DNA from: Methanobacteriaceae archaeon
Lineage (GTDB): Archaea; Methanobacteriota; Methanobacteria; Methanobacteriales; Methanobacteriaceae
Assembly: GCA_003558085.1 (NCBI GenBank)
Contig: PWMT01000068.1
Span: 1-30,114, forward strand
Direction: 5' to 3'
Length of the DNA: 30,114 nt
The number at the start of each line of letters is the position of its first letter. The stretch's first letter is position 1. The notes under the pieces were generated by a model, which ran no database searches, was not told where the DNA came from, and saw nothing but the letters and a program-made list of their open reading frames with translations. This document shows, in pieces, positions 19,937 through 30,114 of this stretch. The translations under genes were made by a program, and so were the position numbers.

Positions 19937-20737
19937 GTGGTTATGATAGGTAAAAAAATCAGGATAGAGAGAATTATAGATCGAATAACTGGCAAAAGTG
20001 TGATAGTGCCTATGGATCATGGAGTTTCCATCGGTCCGGTGGAAGGTATTATTGAGATGACCAGCACTATTAATGAAGTAGCAAAAGGCGGAGCAAATGC
20101 TGTTTTAATGCATAAAGGAATGGTTAGAGAAGGTCATAGGGGATATGGGAATGATATAGGATTGATAATTCATTTATCAGCTAGCACATCACTTGGACAG
20201 GACCCAGACCATAAGGTTCTAGTAACCTCCGTGGAAAAAGCCATAAAATTAGGTGCTGATGCGGTATCAGTACATGTAAATGTAGGTTCAGAAAGGGAAC
20301 CAGAAATGTTAATCAAGTTGGGAAGCATTTCTGAGATTTGTGATGACTGGGGGATGCCTTTAATAGCTATGATGTATCCTCGCGGGCGAAAGATAGTGGA
20401 TGAACATGATTCAGATGTGGTAAAATTAGCAGCCAGAGCCGGAGCAGAATTAGGTGCAGATATTATAAAAACAAATTATACTGGAGATCCTGATAGCTTC
20501 AAAGAAGTAATTAATGGTTGTCCTGTTCCAGTAGTCATTGCAGGAGGCCCTAAAGTAGAAACAGATCAAGAATTACTGGAAATGGTGAAGGATTCAGTTG
20601 AGGTTGGTGGAGCAGGTGTAGCCATTGGTAGAAATATTTTTCAGGCTAAATCACCAGCAAGAACTACCCAGGCCATTTCAGAAATAGTTCATCAACAATT
20701 AGAAGTCGAAGAGGCATTGAAGATATTACAAGGTTAA
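19937..20737 (+). CDS. aroA': 2-amino-3,7-dideoxy-D-threo-hept-6-ulosonate synthase (class I aldolase); start probably ATG 19943
   Basis: [36 protein letters not shown] (Schiff-base Lys), AGGPK, GRNIFQ; directly upstream of aroB'. Confidence 0.9.
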   Translation: MVMIGKKIRIERIIDRITGKSVIVPMDHGVSIGPVEGIIEMTSTINEVAKGGANAVLMHKGMVREGHRGYGNDIGLIIHLSASTSLGQDPDHKVLVTSVEKAIKLGADAVSVHVNVGSEREPEMLIKLGSISEICDDWGMPLIAMMYPRGRKIVDEHDSDVVKLAARAGAELGADIIKTNYTGDPDSFKEVINGCPVPVVIAGGPKVETDQELLEMVKDSVEVGGAGVAIGRNIFQAKSPARTTQAISEIVHQQLEVEEALKILQG

Positions 20738-20780
20738 TTAATAAAATAAAAATTAAAAATAATATTTAGAAGGTAAATAA

Positions 20781-21905
20781 ATGAAATTCGCTTGGATAAT
20801 GGCTCCAGAAATTCCATGGGAAGAAAAAAAAGGATATATTACCACGGCATTAGAATCAGGTATAGATCATGTAGTAGACCTTTCCAACATTGAAGAGATT
20901 CGTAAACTAGGCAGTATAACTGCAATATCTGATCAGGAAGATGCTGATATAATATTGGTGGGTAAAAATGGTGAAGGTGATGGCACCCTACATTTACCTT
21001 TAGATTTAGATGATTCTAAAGACCTAGCTGTGGCTTCCAGTTATAAAAGAAAATATAAAAATGTTGCAGCCTATGTTGAAATAAGAAGTAAAAAACATGA
21101 AGAACTAGCCCGTAGACTAGGCAGAATTGTGGATTATCTTATTTTAGTAGGTAGTGATTGGAAAGTCATTCCCCTGGAAAATATTATTGCTGACTTGCAA
21201 AAAGAGAAGGTTAAATTGATTGCCGCAGTTTCTGATTATGATGAGGCAAAATTAGCTTTAGAAACCCTGGAACATGGCACTGACGGCATCCTTATACAGC
21301 CACGTGAATATAATGAGATTAAAAAAATTGCTGAACTATTAAATAAAATTAAATCTGAAAATTATGAGCTGGTAGCTGCTACTCTAACCCGCATAGAACC
21401 TGTGGGATCAGGCGATAGAGTATGTATAGATACTTGTTCCATGATGCAGGTAGGGGAAGGTATGCTTATTGGATCTTATTCTCAAGGATTATTTTTAGTT
21501 CACAGCGAATCATTAGAAAGTGAATATGTTGCTTCCAGGCCTTTTAGAGTAAATGCTGGACCAGTGCAAGCCTATGTCATGACCCCTGATAATAAAACTA
21601 AATATTTATCTGAAATCGAAACCGGTGACGAAGTACTTATTGTTGATGATGGTGGTAAAAGCCAGCCTGCTATTGTCGGCCGGGTGAAGATTGAAAAAAG
21701 GCCCCTGATTTTAGTGGAAGCTGAATACGAAGGAATAAAAATTAAAACCCTATTGCAGAATGCAGAAACTATTAGACTGGTCAGTGAAAAAGGAGATCCT
21801 GTATCTGTTTCTAATTTAAAAGAAGGAGATAAAATAATGGTCTATCTAGATAAAGGAGCCAGACATTTTGGAATGTCAATTGAAGAAAGTATTATTGAAA
21901 AATGA
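20781..21905 (+). CDS. aroB': 3-dehydroquinate synthase II
   Basis: DWKVIPLENIIA, LEHGTDG, GDRVCIDTC, ASRPFRVNAG, GRVKIEKRPL, LQNAETIRL, ARHFGM. Confidence 0.96.
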   Translation: MKFAWIMAPEIPWEEKKGYITTALESGIDHVVDLSNIEEIRKLGSITAISDQEDADIILVGKNGEGDGTLHLPLDLDDSKDLAVASSYKRKYKNVAAYVEIRSKKHEELARRLGRIVDYLILVGSDWKVIPLENIIADLQKEKVKLIAAVSDYDEAKLALETLEHGTDGILIQPREYNEIKKIAELLNKIKSENYELVAATLTRIEPVGSGDRVCIDTCSMMQVGEGMLIGSYSQGLFLVHSESLESEYVASRPFRVNAGPVQAYVMTPDNKTKYLSEIETGDEVLIVDDGGKSQPAIVGRVKIEKRPLILVEAEYEGIKIKTLLQNAETIRLVSEKGDPVSVSNLKEGDKIMVYLDKGARHFGMSIEESIIEK

Positions 21906-22180
21906 TTTCATCTAGATTGATACCGGCCTGATCTTATATTACAAGTAATAATTTCATCCACAAAGGAAAAATCCAATAGATAACTCATCCATAAACAACT
22001 ATCCTCTACCATAGATAAACCATTTATAAAGAAATATCCCCATATTAGCTAAAAATTTTATAGGCAAGATGTGGAGAACCTATAGATAAGAGGAAAAACT
22101 AATACAATAGGGTGAGTTTCATCCTACTCAAATTGGAATAAAAATATCTCTTTAGGATAATTCAGGATTAAGGTGAGCAT

Positions 22181-22747
22181 ATGAGTACTTCTCCAGTTAA
22201 TAGGACTTTTTTAGCAGTTGATATTGATGATGATTTAAAAGGTAAAATCTTGGAAGTTCAAAATACACTTAAATCAGCAGATGCTCCTGTAAAATTTGTG
22301 GAAAGTGAAAATTTACATTTTACCCTCAAATTTTTTGGAGACATTACACAAGAAAAAACAAAAGAAATATCATCTGTTATCGAAGAAAAACTAAAAAATT
22401 ATGAACCTTTCTCGATCTCACTCGAGGAAATTGGTGTTTTTCCTACTCTAAGATATATACGGGTTATATGGATTGGAACTAAGCATCATGATAGCTTCTC
22501 TAAGTTGCAGCAGGATTTAGATGAAGAATTTATTAAAATGAATTTTTCCAAAGAGAGAAGTTATATTCCCCACCTTACTATAGGTCGCTTAAAAGGTTCC
22601 ACCAATAAAGAGTTACTGGTAGAAAAGATTGAAGAATTAAAGGATATTAAGATCGGTAGTATGGAAATCAAGGAAGTTGTACTTAAAAAAAGTGAGCTTA
22701 CACCTTCTGGACCTATTTATACAGACCTGGAATTATTTAAGCTTTAA
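22181..22747 (+). CDS. thpR: RNA 2',3'-cyclic phosphodiesterase (2H phosphoesterase, LigT-like)
   Basis: RTFLAVD, two HxT motifs (LHFTLKFFG, PHLTIGR), SELTPSGPIY; AGGTGA SD. Confidence 0.94.
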   Translation: MSTSPVNRTFLAVDIDDDLKGKILEVQNTLKSADAPVKFVESENLHFTLKFFGDITQEKTKEISSVIEEKLKNYEPFSISLEEIGVFPTLRYIRVIWIGTKHHDSFSKLQQDLDEEFIKMNFSKERSYIPHLTIGRLKGSTNKELLVEKIEELKDIKIGSMEIKEVVLKKSELTPSGPIYTDLELFKL

Positions 22748-22809
22748 AATTTACTTGGTTAATATCCCTATTTTTTTATTTTTCACTATTAAATCAGAAC
22801 TTATTCTGT

Positions 22810-24192
22810 ATGAGGCTTCATATGAAATATGATTCAGTTTTAAAACAAATAAAACCTGATAAATATGAAAAAGAGAAGGTAACCAAACTAGCAGGAAAGA
22901 TTATTGCTGTGTTGAATCATCTGGCTGAAAAAAATGATATACCCGCAGAAGCTACGTTGGTCGGTTCAGTAGCTAAAGGTACTTGGCTTTCAGGGAAGGC
23001 AGATGTTGATATATTTTTAAAATTTCCTTTGGAAACTTCTATGAGAGAATTAAAAGAAAAAGGATTATATTTAGGTTATGAATGTATAAAAAAAATTGGC
23101 GGCTATGGTGAAGAACGTTTTGCATCCCATCCCTATGTTACTGGAAAATTAGAAGGCTATGAAATTGATTTTGTACCCTGTTATTCGATTAAAAGTTCTA
23201 AACAACTTAAATCTGCTGTAGATCGTACCATTCTACACAATATATATATTCAGCAAAACTTGAAAAAGGACCAGATCGATGAAGTGTTACTACTCAAAAA
23301 ATTTATGGATAGTGTGGAATGTTATGGATCGGAATTTAAAGTAGGTGGATTTGCAGGATATCTCTGCGAATTACTAATCTTAAAATACGATGATTTTGAA
23401 GGTGTATTAAATGCAGCGGCCCAAGAATGGAAACCCGGCTTGATAATCGATCTTGAAAATCTAAAAACTGGTGAAAAATTTAGCGAACCATTAGTGTGTG
23501 TAGATCCAGTAGATGAGAATAGAAATGTAGCAGCGGCCTTAACCTTAAAAAAAATGGCAGAATTTGTGATTGCTAGTCGAAATTTCTCTAATAAACCTCA
23601 AGAAGATTATTTCTCAACAAGAAATATTTACACCAATCCAGAATCAATTCTAAAGCAATTTAAACAAAGGAAAACTAAAACTATACTGATCACTTTTAAA
23701 GCTCCTGATATCCCCCCAGATGCCCTATATGCACAATTAGAAAAAACAAAAATTGCCTTAACTAAAAAATTAGTTGATGAGGGATTTATGGTTGAAAAAA
23801 GTAGTTATTGGACTAATGAAAATGATTTAGCAATTTTTATCCTGGAATTTGTTTTATGGTCTCTTCCAGCTTATCAAAAACATTGGGGTCCGAAAATTTG
23901 GAATCAAGTACATCAAAATAAATTTTTAGAAAAATATGGTGAAGATGCCTATCTAGACCAAGACCGCTGGGTAGTGGAATTACCCTGGAAATATGAAGAT
24001 GCTTATTCTTTCTTGAAGTTTATACTTGCAGAAGAAAACATCCATCATCTAAAAACAGGTAAGCAAATTAAAAATGAACTCAGGAGAACCTATAAAATCA
24101 ATGATATAGATGAAGTTATATCAGATATGGAGCTGGGAGTTTTAAATTTTTTATTTAAATTTTTAAATCCAAATTGGCACTTATGGAGATAA
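22810..24192 (+). CDS. cca: CCA-adding tRNA nucleotidyltransferase (archaeal class I); start possibly 22822
   Basis: VGSVAKGTWL...DVDIF, ASHPY, DFVPCY, SAVDRT..H, GFAGYLCELL, DPVD..RNVAAAL. Confidence 0.96.
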   Translation: MRLHMKYDSVLKQIKPDKYEKEKVTKLAGKIIAVLNHLAEKNDIPAEATLVGSVAKGTWLSGKADVDIFLKFPLETSMRELKEKGLYLGYECIKKIGGYGEERFASHPYVTGKLEGYEIDFVPCYSIKSSKQLKSAVDRTILHNIYIQQNLKKDQIDEVLLLKKFMDSVECYGSEFKVGGFAGYLCELLILKYDDFEGVLNAAAQEWKPGLIIDLENLKTGEKFSEPLVCVDPVDENRNVAAALTLKKMAEFVIASRNFSNKPQEDYFSTRNIYTNPESILKQFKQRKTKTILITFKAPDIPPDALYAQLEKTKIALTKKLVDEGFMVEKSSYWTNENDLAIFILEFVLWSLPAYQKHWGPKIWNQVHQNKFLEKYGEDAYLDQDRWVVELPWKYEDAYSFLKFILAEENIHHLKTGKQIKNELRRTYKINDIDEVISDMELGVLNFLFKFLNPNWHLWR

Positions 24193-24224
24193 AAAATGCG
24201 GCTATTAAAACAAACTAAATATTA

Positions 24225-25205
24225 TTAAAATTCTTTTCTCTCCCTAACGAATTTAGGAACCGCTTCTTTTAATGGATCAAAATTTTCTATATTATCAACC
24301 TTCATGCATTTCATAGAAACTTTGGAGTGTAGCGAAGTAGGTAATCTCAGTATTCTTTTAAGATCAATGGAAACCTTAGCATCCACCAGGCCCAGGTTAA
24401 GTTTAGCTATTCCATCCACTAAATTTTTATATCTACGAGGTCCGATTTTATTTTTAAACAAACCCCACTTTTCCTCTTCTAGAAAATGGCGATTTTGCAT
24501 AACATCCTTAAGCAGTCTGGGATTAATCTGGTCAATTTCTTCTTCCCCGGTAAGATGAAGGATGATATATTTTATTCTATCTGTAAAAACAGCTGAATAT
24601 CCCACTGGTATGGTGAAATGTTCCAATTCATAAGGTTTTTGTCCAGGAAGTGATTCCATATAGTATCTGTTTTTAGGATTAAATGCACCAGATACGTATT
24701 TAAGTATCTGGGATCTTACTTCACTATTTAACTGCATTGCTGCTGGATCAAGGACACGTATATGATATCCCCTACCAGAATAAATCACATGAACATTTTT
24801 TAATCCTAAATCTTCTTTTAAAACATCTATTATGCTCCCGACAATTTGGAGAGCTTCATCTAAACAAATTTCACATACACTATCACAATTACAGGATCTT
24901 ACCGGTAAATCCTTTGCATCAACATCAAAGACTAGTTCAGATTTTAACCATTCCCCTCTCTTCCAGGGTTTCTTATAGAAAGCTACAGAGGAGTAAACCG
25001 CAAAAGGTGCACGATATCTTAAAAATTTTCTTAACAGATCAGAATTCTTGAAAACACGATAACGATCATTAGGACCTCTACCTAGATGATCGAAACCAAA
25101 TTCTCTTTTATTCAAATCCGCTATTATAAAGTCTGGTAGATCCTGAATTTTCCATTCTTCCCGGTAGTATCTTTGACGTTCTTCTAAAGTAGCTGATTCA
25201 AATAT
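24225..25205 (-). CDS. priS: DNA primase catalytic (small) subunit; frame extended to an ATA codon at 25205 (326 aa)
   Basis: REFGFD, YSSVAFY, ELVFDVD, Zn motif CNC...CEIC, YSGRGYH, DLKRILRLPTSLH. The frame stays open 30 codons upstream of the tracked TTG (25115) to ATA, with GGTGA 5 nt upstream and an in-frame TAA immediately before. Confidence 0.93.
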   Translation of the reverse strand: MFESATLEERQRYYREEWKIQDLPDFIIADLNKREFGFDHLGRGPNDRYRVFKNSDLLRKFLRYRAPFAVYSSVAFYKKPWKRGEWLKSELVFDVDAKDLPVRSCNCDSVCEICLDEALQIVGSIIDVLKEDLGLKNVHVIYSGRGYHIRVLDPAAMQLNSEVRSQILKYVSGAFNPKNRYYMESLPGQKPYELEHFTIPVGYSAVFTDRIKYIILHLTGEEEIDQINPRLLKDVMQNRHFLEEEKWGLFKNKIGPRRYKNLVDGIAKLNLGLVDAKVSIDLKRILRLPTSLHSKVSMKCMKVDNIENFDPLKEAVPKFVRERKEF

Positions 25206-25289
25206 TTAAATCACCTGCAGTTATTACATCTAATAAGGGCTAATTTAATTTTGATAGTTAAGGGGGGTGAGCTTAACTTAACCTTATTT

Positions 25290-26633
25290 CTAATTACCTT
25301 CACTTTTTTTAGTATTTTCAGTCTGCTGATTGGTCATTGATTGTTTCATTAACCATTTTTTTAAATTATAATAAGATAGAGGATTACCTATTTTTTTACA
25401 ATTCTCATCTGGTTGGCATAATACTGGTAAGTGTATCTTGATTTTTTCACAGCTCATAGGCGTGTACCATTTACTTTCACCTTCTTTATCCAGTTCAGGG
25501 GTTTCATGTACACCGAAACCAAGTTTGGCGGTTATATTCAACTTTTCCTGGGGGTCATCCTCAAATAGGGGAGGGTTACAATTCTGCGCAGCCTCATAAA
25601 TTAAAGGCAATATTTCTGTAGTGGTTATTTTCAGCCCTTTATCTAGATCTGAAATTTTAAGATCAGCCTTATTTTTAAAAACTGATGGATATAATCTAGC
25701 GTAAGACAGAAAGGAAGTCATTAGAAGTACTATGGCATCGTTACGATTTCCAGCACTTACACCATCCATTGTATTTTGTATACAGGGTGGGAAAGCTTCA
25801 ACTTGGAATTTAGAAGCTTTAATATCACCTCCCTGATTTGAAGAATAGGAGTAGTTCTCAGTTAATGTTTTTGAAATTTTAGCTCCTATTTGAATTAAAG
25901 AAGGATGGGCTTCAACGTTGGAGACCATTTCATGCACTTTGGAGATATAATTTTCCGTATTTTGCATTATCATACGGTTAACAATAAGTTCTTTAATTTT
26001 ATCCCCGATTAAAATATCATACATTTTCTCTGGAATCCTATCTTCAATTTTATGCTCAAATCTATCTAAAAAATCTTTTTTATCCAGTATAATCTGTCCC
26101 TTATCAATTATAAGATGGCTAAGATTGATTTTTTTGGATCCTAATAATTCAGCTAAAGATGTCCAGTGGAGATTATCCGCAGCAATTAACTGGTTAAGTA
26201 ACTTTGCGATGGTTTCCTCCCGTAAAGTTTTACTCAGAGTTTCTAAACGTTCCTGGATTAGTTGGCCCTGGGATTCAATGAATACTCTGCTTTCTCTTGA
26301 ATTAGGATTAAAATTAATACCAATAGATTGGGCAGCAATATAAAAAGAAATAACATCATAGATTTCTAATTCAGGGTTCAATAAAAAGGCATAATCATTG
26401 TGCTCATATTCTTTATCATATTTTTTTCTTACATACCATTCTACTCTTTTTAAGGTATATTCTGCCAAAGATTTAGGAATATAGGAATCATTAGAAATAT
26501 TCTGAGATTTAGTATGAATCACTAAATCCATTAAATCTTTATCTTCAAGGAATAAATTTTCTAAAGAACCCTGCTGTCTGACTATCTGTTCTCCTTCATC
26601 AGAAAGAGGATATAAAAAATATGAACTAACCAT
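25290..26633 (-). CDS. priL: DNA primase large (regulatory) subunit
   Basis: FPPCI, GNRN, YTPMSCEKIK...LCQPDENC..IGNPLSYY (Fe-S cysteines); adjacent to priS. Confidence 0.92.
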   Translation of the reverse strand: MVSSYFLYPLSDEGEQIVRQQGSLENLFLEDKDLMDLVIHTKSQNISNDSYIPKSLAEYTLKRVEWYVRKKYDKEYEHNDYAFLLNPELEIYDVISFYIAAQSIGINFNPNSRESRVFIESQGQLIQERLETLSKTLREETIAKLLNQLIAADNLHWTSLAELLGSKKINLSHLIIDKGQIILDKKDFLDRFEHKIEDRIPEKMYDILIGDKIKELIVNRMIMQNTENYISKVHEMVSNVEAHPSLIQIGAKISKTLTENYSYSSNQGGDIKASKFQVEAFPPCIQNTMDGVSAGNRNDAIVLLMTSFLSYARLYPSVFKNKADLKISDLDKGLKITTTEILPLIYEAAQNCNPPLFEDDPQEKLNITAKLGFGVHETPELDKEGESKWYTPMSCEKIKIHLPVLCQPDENCKKIGNPLSYYNLKKWLMKQSMTNQQTENTKKSEGN

Positions 26634-27039
26634 ATTGATATGTTAATTTATCAAGAATAAAAACTTGATTATGAGGGTAAAACACCATCTCTAATAGTTA
26701 AGAATAATAGCAAAACTTTATTATAAGACCTTATATTGAAAAAAATATATTAAAAAAGTTATATTTAATAAAAGAAGATTTTAAAGTTTTAAATAGAAGA
26801 TAAAAGTAAAAAAATGAATAGATTAAGACTATGGAAGCTTTTAAAGTTATGATTAAGGATGTATTAATCATTATCTTTATATATTAACATAAATAAATAG
26901 GATATATTCTAATATTTTATATAGTAACCTGCCTTTAAATAAATTATATCATTAAAATCATGGATTATTAGCTAATTTCTAATTTAAAACTATATTATTA
27001 AGCTTAAAATATGCTTATTTTCAACTAGGAGGATTTAAA

Positions 27040-29031
27040 TTGAGTAAGATATTTATTACCTGTGCCCTGCCTTATGCCAATGGGCCAACCCATTTAGGTC
27101 ATTTAAGATCAACTTATATCCCTGCAGATATTTATGCACGTTATAATCGGATGAAAAATGAAGATGTATTATTTGTATGTGCAACTGACGAACATGGGAC
27201 TCCCATAGCAGTGAAGGCAGAAAAAGAAAATAAAAAACCTCTAGAAGTTGCTGCTAATTATTATGAAATTATAAAAAAAGACTTAGCTAATTGTAACATT
27301 TCCTTTGATAATTTTTCCCGCACCAGTGACCCTATTCACTATCAGATCGCACAGAATTTCTTTTTAGATCTATATGATAAGGGTTTTATTTATGAAAAGG
27401 AAATAAAACAGCCTTATTGTGAGGAATGTGAGAGATTCCTTCCAGATAGATATGTGGAGGGAATTTGTCCTGAATGTGGTGTAGAAGGTGCTCGAGGAGA
27501 TCATTGTGAAGCTTGTGGCAGACATTTAGAGGCTACTCACCTTTTAGAACCTGGTTGTTTAATTTGCCATAACGAACCATTGATTAAAGAATCAAAGCAG
27601 TATTTTTTCAAATTAACCCATTTTCAGGAAGATCTAAAAAAGTGGGTGGAAAATAATAAAGAAATGCCCAGCAATGTTCGAAATTATGCCTTACAATGGA
27701 TTAGAGAAGGTTTGAGAGATTGGATATTAACTCGTGATATGGATTGGGGAGTTCCAGTCCCCTTAGAGGAAGCTGAAGGAAAGATAATCTACGTATGGGG
27801 CGAAGCATTCTTAGGATACATATCTTCAGCATGGCAATGGTCACAACGAAATGAAAAAGATTGGAAAGATTATTGGGATCAAAAAGCCATCCATTTCATT
27901 GGTAAGGATATCATATATCATCATTCCATTTTTTGGCCGGCATTGCTAATGGCCTATGGATGTGAATTACCTCAAAATATAATTGCTGGTGAATATCTTT
28001 CATTAGAAGGACATAAAATGTCCACCAGTAAAAACTGGGTAATCTGGACTGACGATTTTTTGAAAACTTTTGATACCGACATGCTGCGATACTATTTAAC
28101 CATAAATGCTCCTCTCAATCGGGATACCGATTTTTCTTGGGATGATTTTCAAAGAAGAATTAATGACGAATTAGCAGATGTTTTAGGAAATTTTCTGCAC
28201 CGTACTTTTTCTTTTACCAATCGTTTTTTTAAAGGCAAATTGCCTGAACAATATTCACCAAGTAGAGAAGACGTAGAATTTGAAAAAATGATAAATAAAG
28301 CTCCAGAACAAATTGGAGCGCTTTTAGAAAATTATAAATTTAGAGAAGCTTTAGTAAATCTAATTAAATTAGCAAAAAGTGGTAATAAGTATTTCAATGA
28401 CCAGGAACCATGGAAAAATGTAAAAGAAGATTTAAAAAAGGCTGGAAACTGTCTATTTTTATGTAATCAATTATCAAAAGTATTAGCTATTCTAATTTAT
28501 CCTTATATGCCCTCCAAGTCCCTAGAAATATTAAAAATATTAAATTTAGATGAAAGAGACTTATCTTGGGATAATGCCCATGAATTTCTAGCACCACAAC
28601 ATCCAATTAATAAAACCAAACCCTTATTTAAAAAAATAGATGATGAAATAATTGAAAAAGAAAAGGAAAAACTTTATCAAAACTTGGAAGGAGCCGTAGA
28701 AGTGGAAAATATAGATGAATTGATAAGTATTGATGATTTTGCTAAAATAAAATTAAAAATAGGTCAAGTGATTTCTTCTAAACCAGTTAAAGATTCCGAT
28801 AACCTCTTAAAACTTATAGTGGATGTGAAAGATAAAAAACTACAGGTAGTGGCTGGTTTAGCTAAAGAGTATATGCCTGAGGAGATATTGAATAAAAAAG
28901 TGGTAGTCCTGGTAAATTTAAAACCAGCCCAACTATTTGGTATCCGATCAGAGGGTATGGTCCTGGCCACCTCCGAAAGTTTATCGCTTTTAAGTGCTGA
29001 AAATGCAGATATTGGTGAAATAATAAAATGA
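27040..29031 (+). CDS. metG: Methionine--tRNA ligase with C-terminal tRNA-binding OB domain
   Basis: [19 protein letters not shown], four CxxC, HFIGKDI, KMSTS, C-terminal ISIDDF...[10 protein letters not shown] start with AGGAGG SD. Confidence 0.98.
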   Translation: MSKIFITCALPYANGPTHLGHLRSTYIPADIYARYNRMKNEDVLFVCATDEHGTPIAVKAEKENKKPLEVAANYYEIIKKDLANCNISFDNFSRTSDPIHYQIAQNFFLDLYDKGFIYEKEIKQPYCEECERFLPDRYVEGICPECGVEGARGDHCEACGRHLEATHLLEPGCLICHNEPLIKESKQYFFKLTHFQEDLKKWVENNKEMPSNVRNYALQWIREGLRDWILTRDMDWGVPVPLEEAEGKIIYVWGEAFLGYISSAWQWSQRNEKDWKDYWDQKAIHFIGKDIIYHHSIFWPALLMAYGCELPQNIIAGEYLSLEGHKMSTSKNWVIWTDDFLKTFDTDMLRYYLTINAPLNRDTDFSWDDFQRRINDELADVLGNFLHRTFSFTNRFFKGKLPEQYSPSREDVEFEKMINKAPEQIGALLENYKFREALVNLIKLAKSGNKYFNDQEPWKNVKEDLKKAGNCLFLCNQLSKVLAILIYPYMPSKSLEILKILNLDERDLSWDNAHEFLAPQHPINKTKPLFKKIDDEIIEKEKEKLYQNLEGAVEVENIDELISIDDFAKIKLKIGQVISSKPVKDSDNLLKLIVDVKDKKLQVVAGLAKEYMPEEILNKKVVVLVNLKPAQLFGIRSEGMVLATSESLSLLSAENADIGEIIK

Positions 29032-30114
29032 ATGAAACATTTCTAATTTCTAAATCAGAGAAATTTCTAAGGCACATTCAGCAAGAGAAATTCAAATTCT
29101 CCGAAATTTATAATTTAGATTGTTTTATGGAAATTTATGATAAATTAAAGGAAAATCTTGAAGAATTACATGACTTAAGAGAGATAATGGAAATGAAAGG
29201 ATATATGGCCCCTTATCGTTCTCTTACGCGTTATGGTCCCACCTCATCAGGGGAAGTTATGGTGGAAGAACTTCAAGAAAGCAGCCGACATTCTCAATAT
29301 TTTAGAATGAAAGCAGCTGCAAAAAAAAATATTTTAGATAGGATTAAATCATCCATCTCCTCCCATAAAATAGCTCTCGGTAATCTAGAAGAATATGGAA
29401 TAATAAAGTGCAATTCTTGTTCTAAAAATTATCATTTACTAGAATTAAAAGCAAAAAATAATTCTAATTTAAAGTGTAGCTGTGGATCATCAACTTTTAT
29501 TCTAGAAATTAATGAAACTGGTGTTTTTAGACTAGGTATCCTTCCCTATCTTCCTTTATCAGGAGATTACATGGTAAAAATGTCTCATTTATCTAGCTGG
29601 GGAAGGGAATCCTTTAAAAAAATTATAAAAGTTTTAAAACAAGAAAGAAAAGGGGCAGTCAAAACCATATCTTTGGTTATAAAAGTGATGGAATCAGGAC
29701 GATGGATTAGGAAAAGAGTGACCATTAATGCCGAAGATAAAACTAATTATGAAAAGGAACTTAGAAAAAAATATGGCTCTGATATGCGTATAGAATTTTT
29801 ACAATTCCATCGTAAAAAACCAGCCATTATAAATGACCGGCACACCAGAACTGCTCTGGGTTTAGCCTATGTAAAATTTGCTGAAAGAATTGTTAATGAA
29901 ATTGAGGAAGACCTTTATTCTTCTTATCTTCAAGATAAAAATCAGATTGAATGGTATGATCATCTCTTGCGAGAATCTAGATCCGCCAAATTAGATCCTC
30001 TAGAGGAAATGGATGATTTAGAAAAAGTACAGGAACAAAAATTATATGGGCTTCTACGAGAAAATAATCTACTAAATAATGTAGGGGAATTGAAAAAAAG
30101 CTTAGCGGAAGATC
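29028..30114 (+). CDS. DUF530-like archaeal protein, truncated by the window end (absent from the ORF track)
   Basis: ATG overlaps the metG stop (ATGA). Frame reads [14 protein letters not shown]...[10 protein letters not shown]...[20 protein letters not shown]...CNSC...CSCG...[11 protein letters not shown] and appears open to the end. Confidence 0.8.
   Translation, partial: MNETFLISKSEKFLRHIQQEKFKFSEIYNLDCFMEIYDKLKENLEELHDLREIMEMKGYMAPYRSLTRYGPTSSGEVMVEELQESSRHSQYFRMKAAAKKNILDRIKSSISSHKIALGNLEEYGIIKCNSCSKNYHLLELKAKNNSNLKCSCGSSTFILEINETGVFRLGILPYLPLSGDYMVKMSHLSSWGRESFKKIIKVLKQERKGAVKTISLVIKVMESGRWIRKRVTINAEDKTNYEKELRKKYGSDMRIEFLQFHRKKPAIINDRHTRTALGLAYVKFAERIVNEIEEDLYSSYLQDKNQIEWYDHLLRESRSAKLDPLEEMDDLEKVQEQKLYGLLRENNLLNNVGELKKSLAED

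Noticed and set aside
24225-25115. priS start at TTG 25115 as given in the ORF track
   Set aside because: It has no SD and removes the family-typical N-terminal segment; the upstream ATA with GGTGA fits better.
26634-27039. Replication origin in the AT-rich priL/metG spacer
   Set aside because: No repeated ORB or mini-ORB motifs and no cdc6 gene nearby; explained as a divergent promoter region.
421-29077. Short antisense or overlapping ORFs in the track (421-654, 2488-2739, 4563-4772, 4773-5171, 5631-5861, 7034-7216, 8821-9009, 9997-10182, 10523-10894, 12854-13102, 13667-13882, 16877-17062, 18760-19191, 24304-24558, 24737-25051, 26125-26343, 28764-28970, 28862-29077)
   Set aside because: They are shadows of well-supported genes on the opposite strand, with no recognisable motifs.

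Overview
AT-rich archaeal chromosomal segment, most consistent with a Methanobacteriales methanogen (Methanobacterium-like): it carries cpgS, mtxX, aroA'/aroB', pantoate kinase, priS/priL and GGTGA-type Shine-Dalgarno (SD) sites. Most of it is housekeeping: cpgS, hisD-aspS-cbiC-hemL, mtxX-uppS-tatD, arfC, PHP, pantoate kinase, a methyltransferase, aroA'-aroB', thpR-cca, priL-priS, metG and a DUF530-like gene cut by the window end. Three signals are not explained by the ORF track. (1) A ~120-nt GC-enriched, structured, non-coding unit at ~12470-12590 with its own TATA box and T-tract is a candidate small RNA gene. It is followed by a small mosaic of apparently foreign DNA (cupin remnant, PhnB/VOC gene, high-GC alpha/beta hydrolase). 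(2) priS appears to start at an AUA codon (25205), and a hairpin upstream has a loop complementary to its SD. (3) Short tandem duplications of gene 3' ends occur after hisD and arfC. No CRISPR array, rRNA, canonical tRNA or intact transposase was seen. All family assignments come from motif recognition, not database searches.
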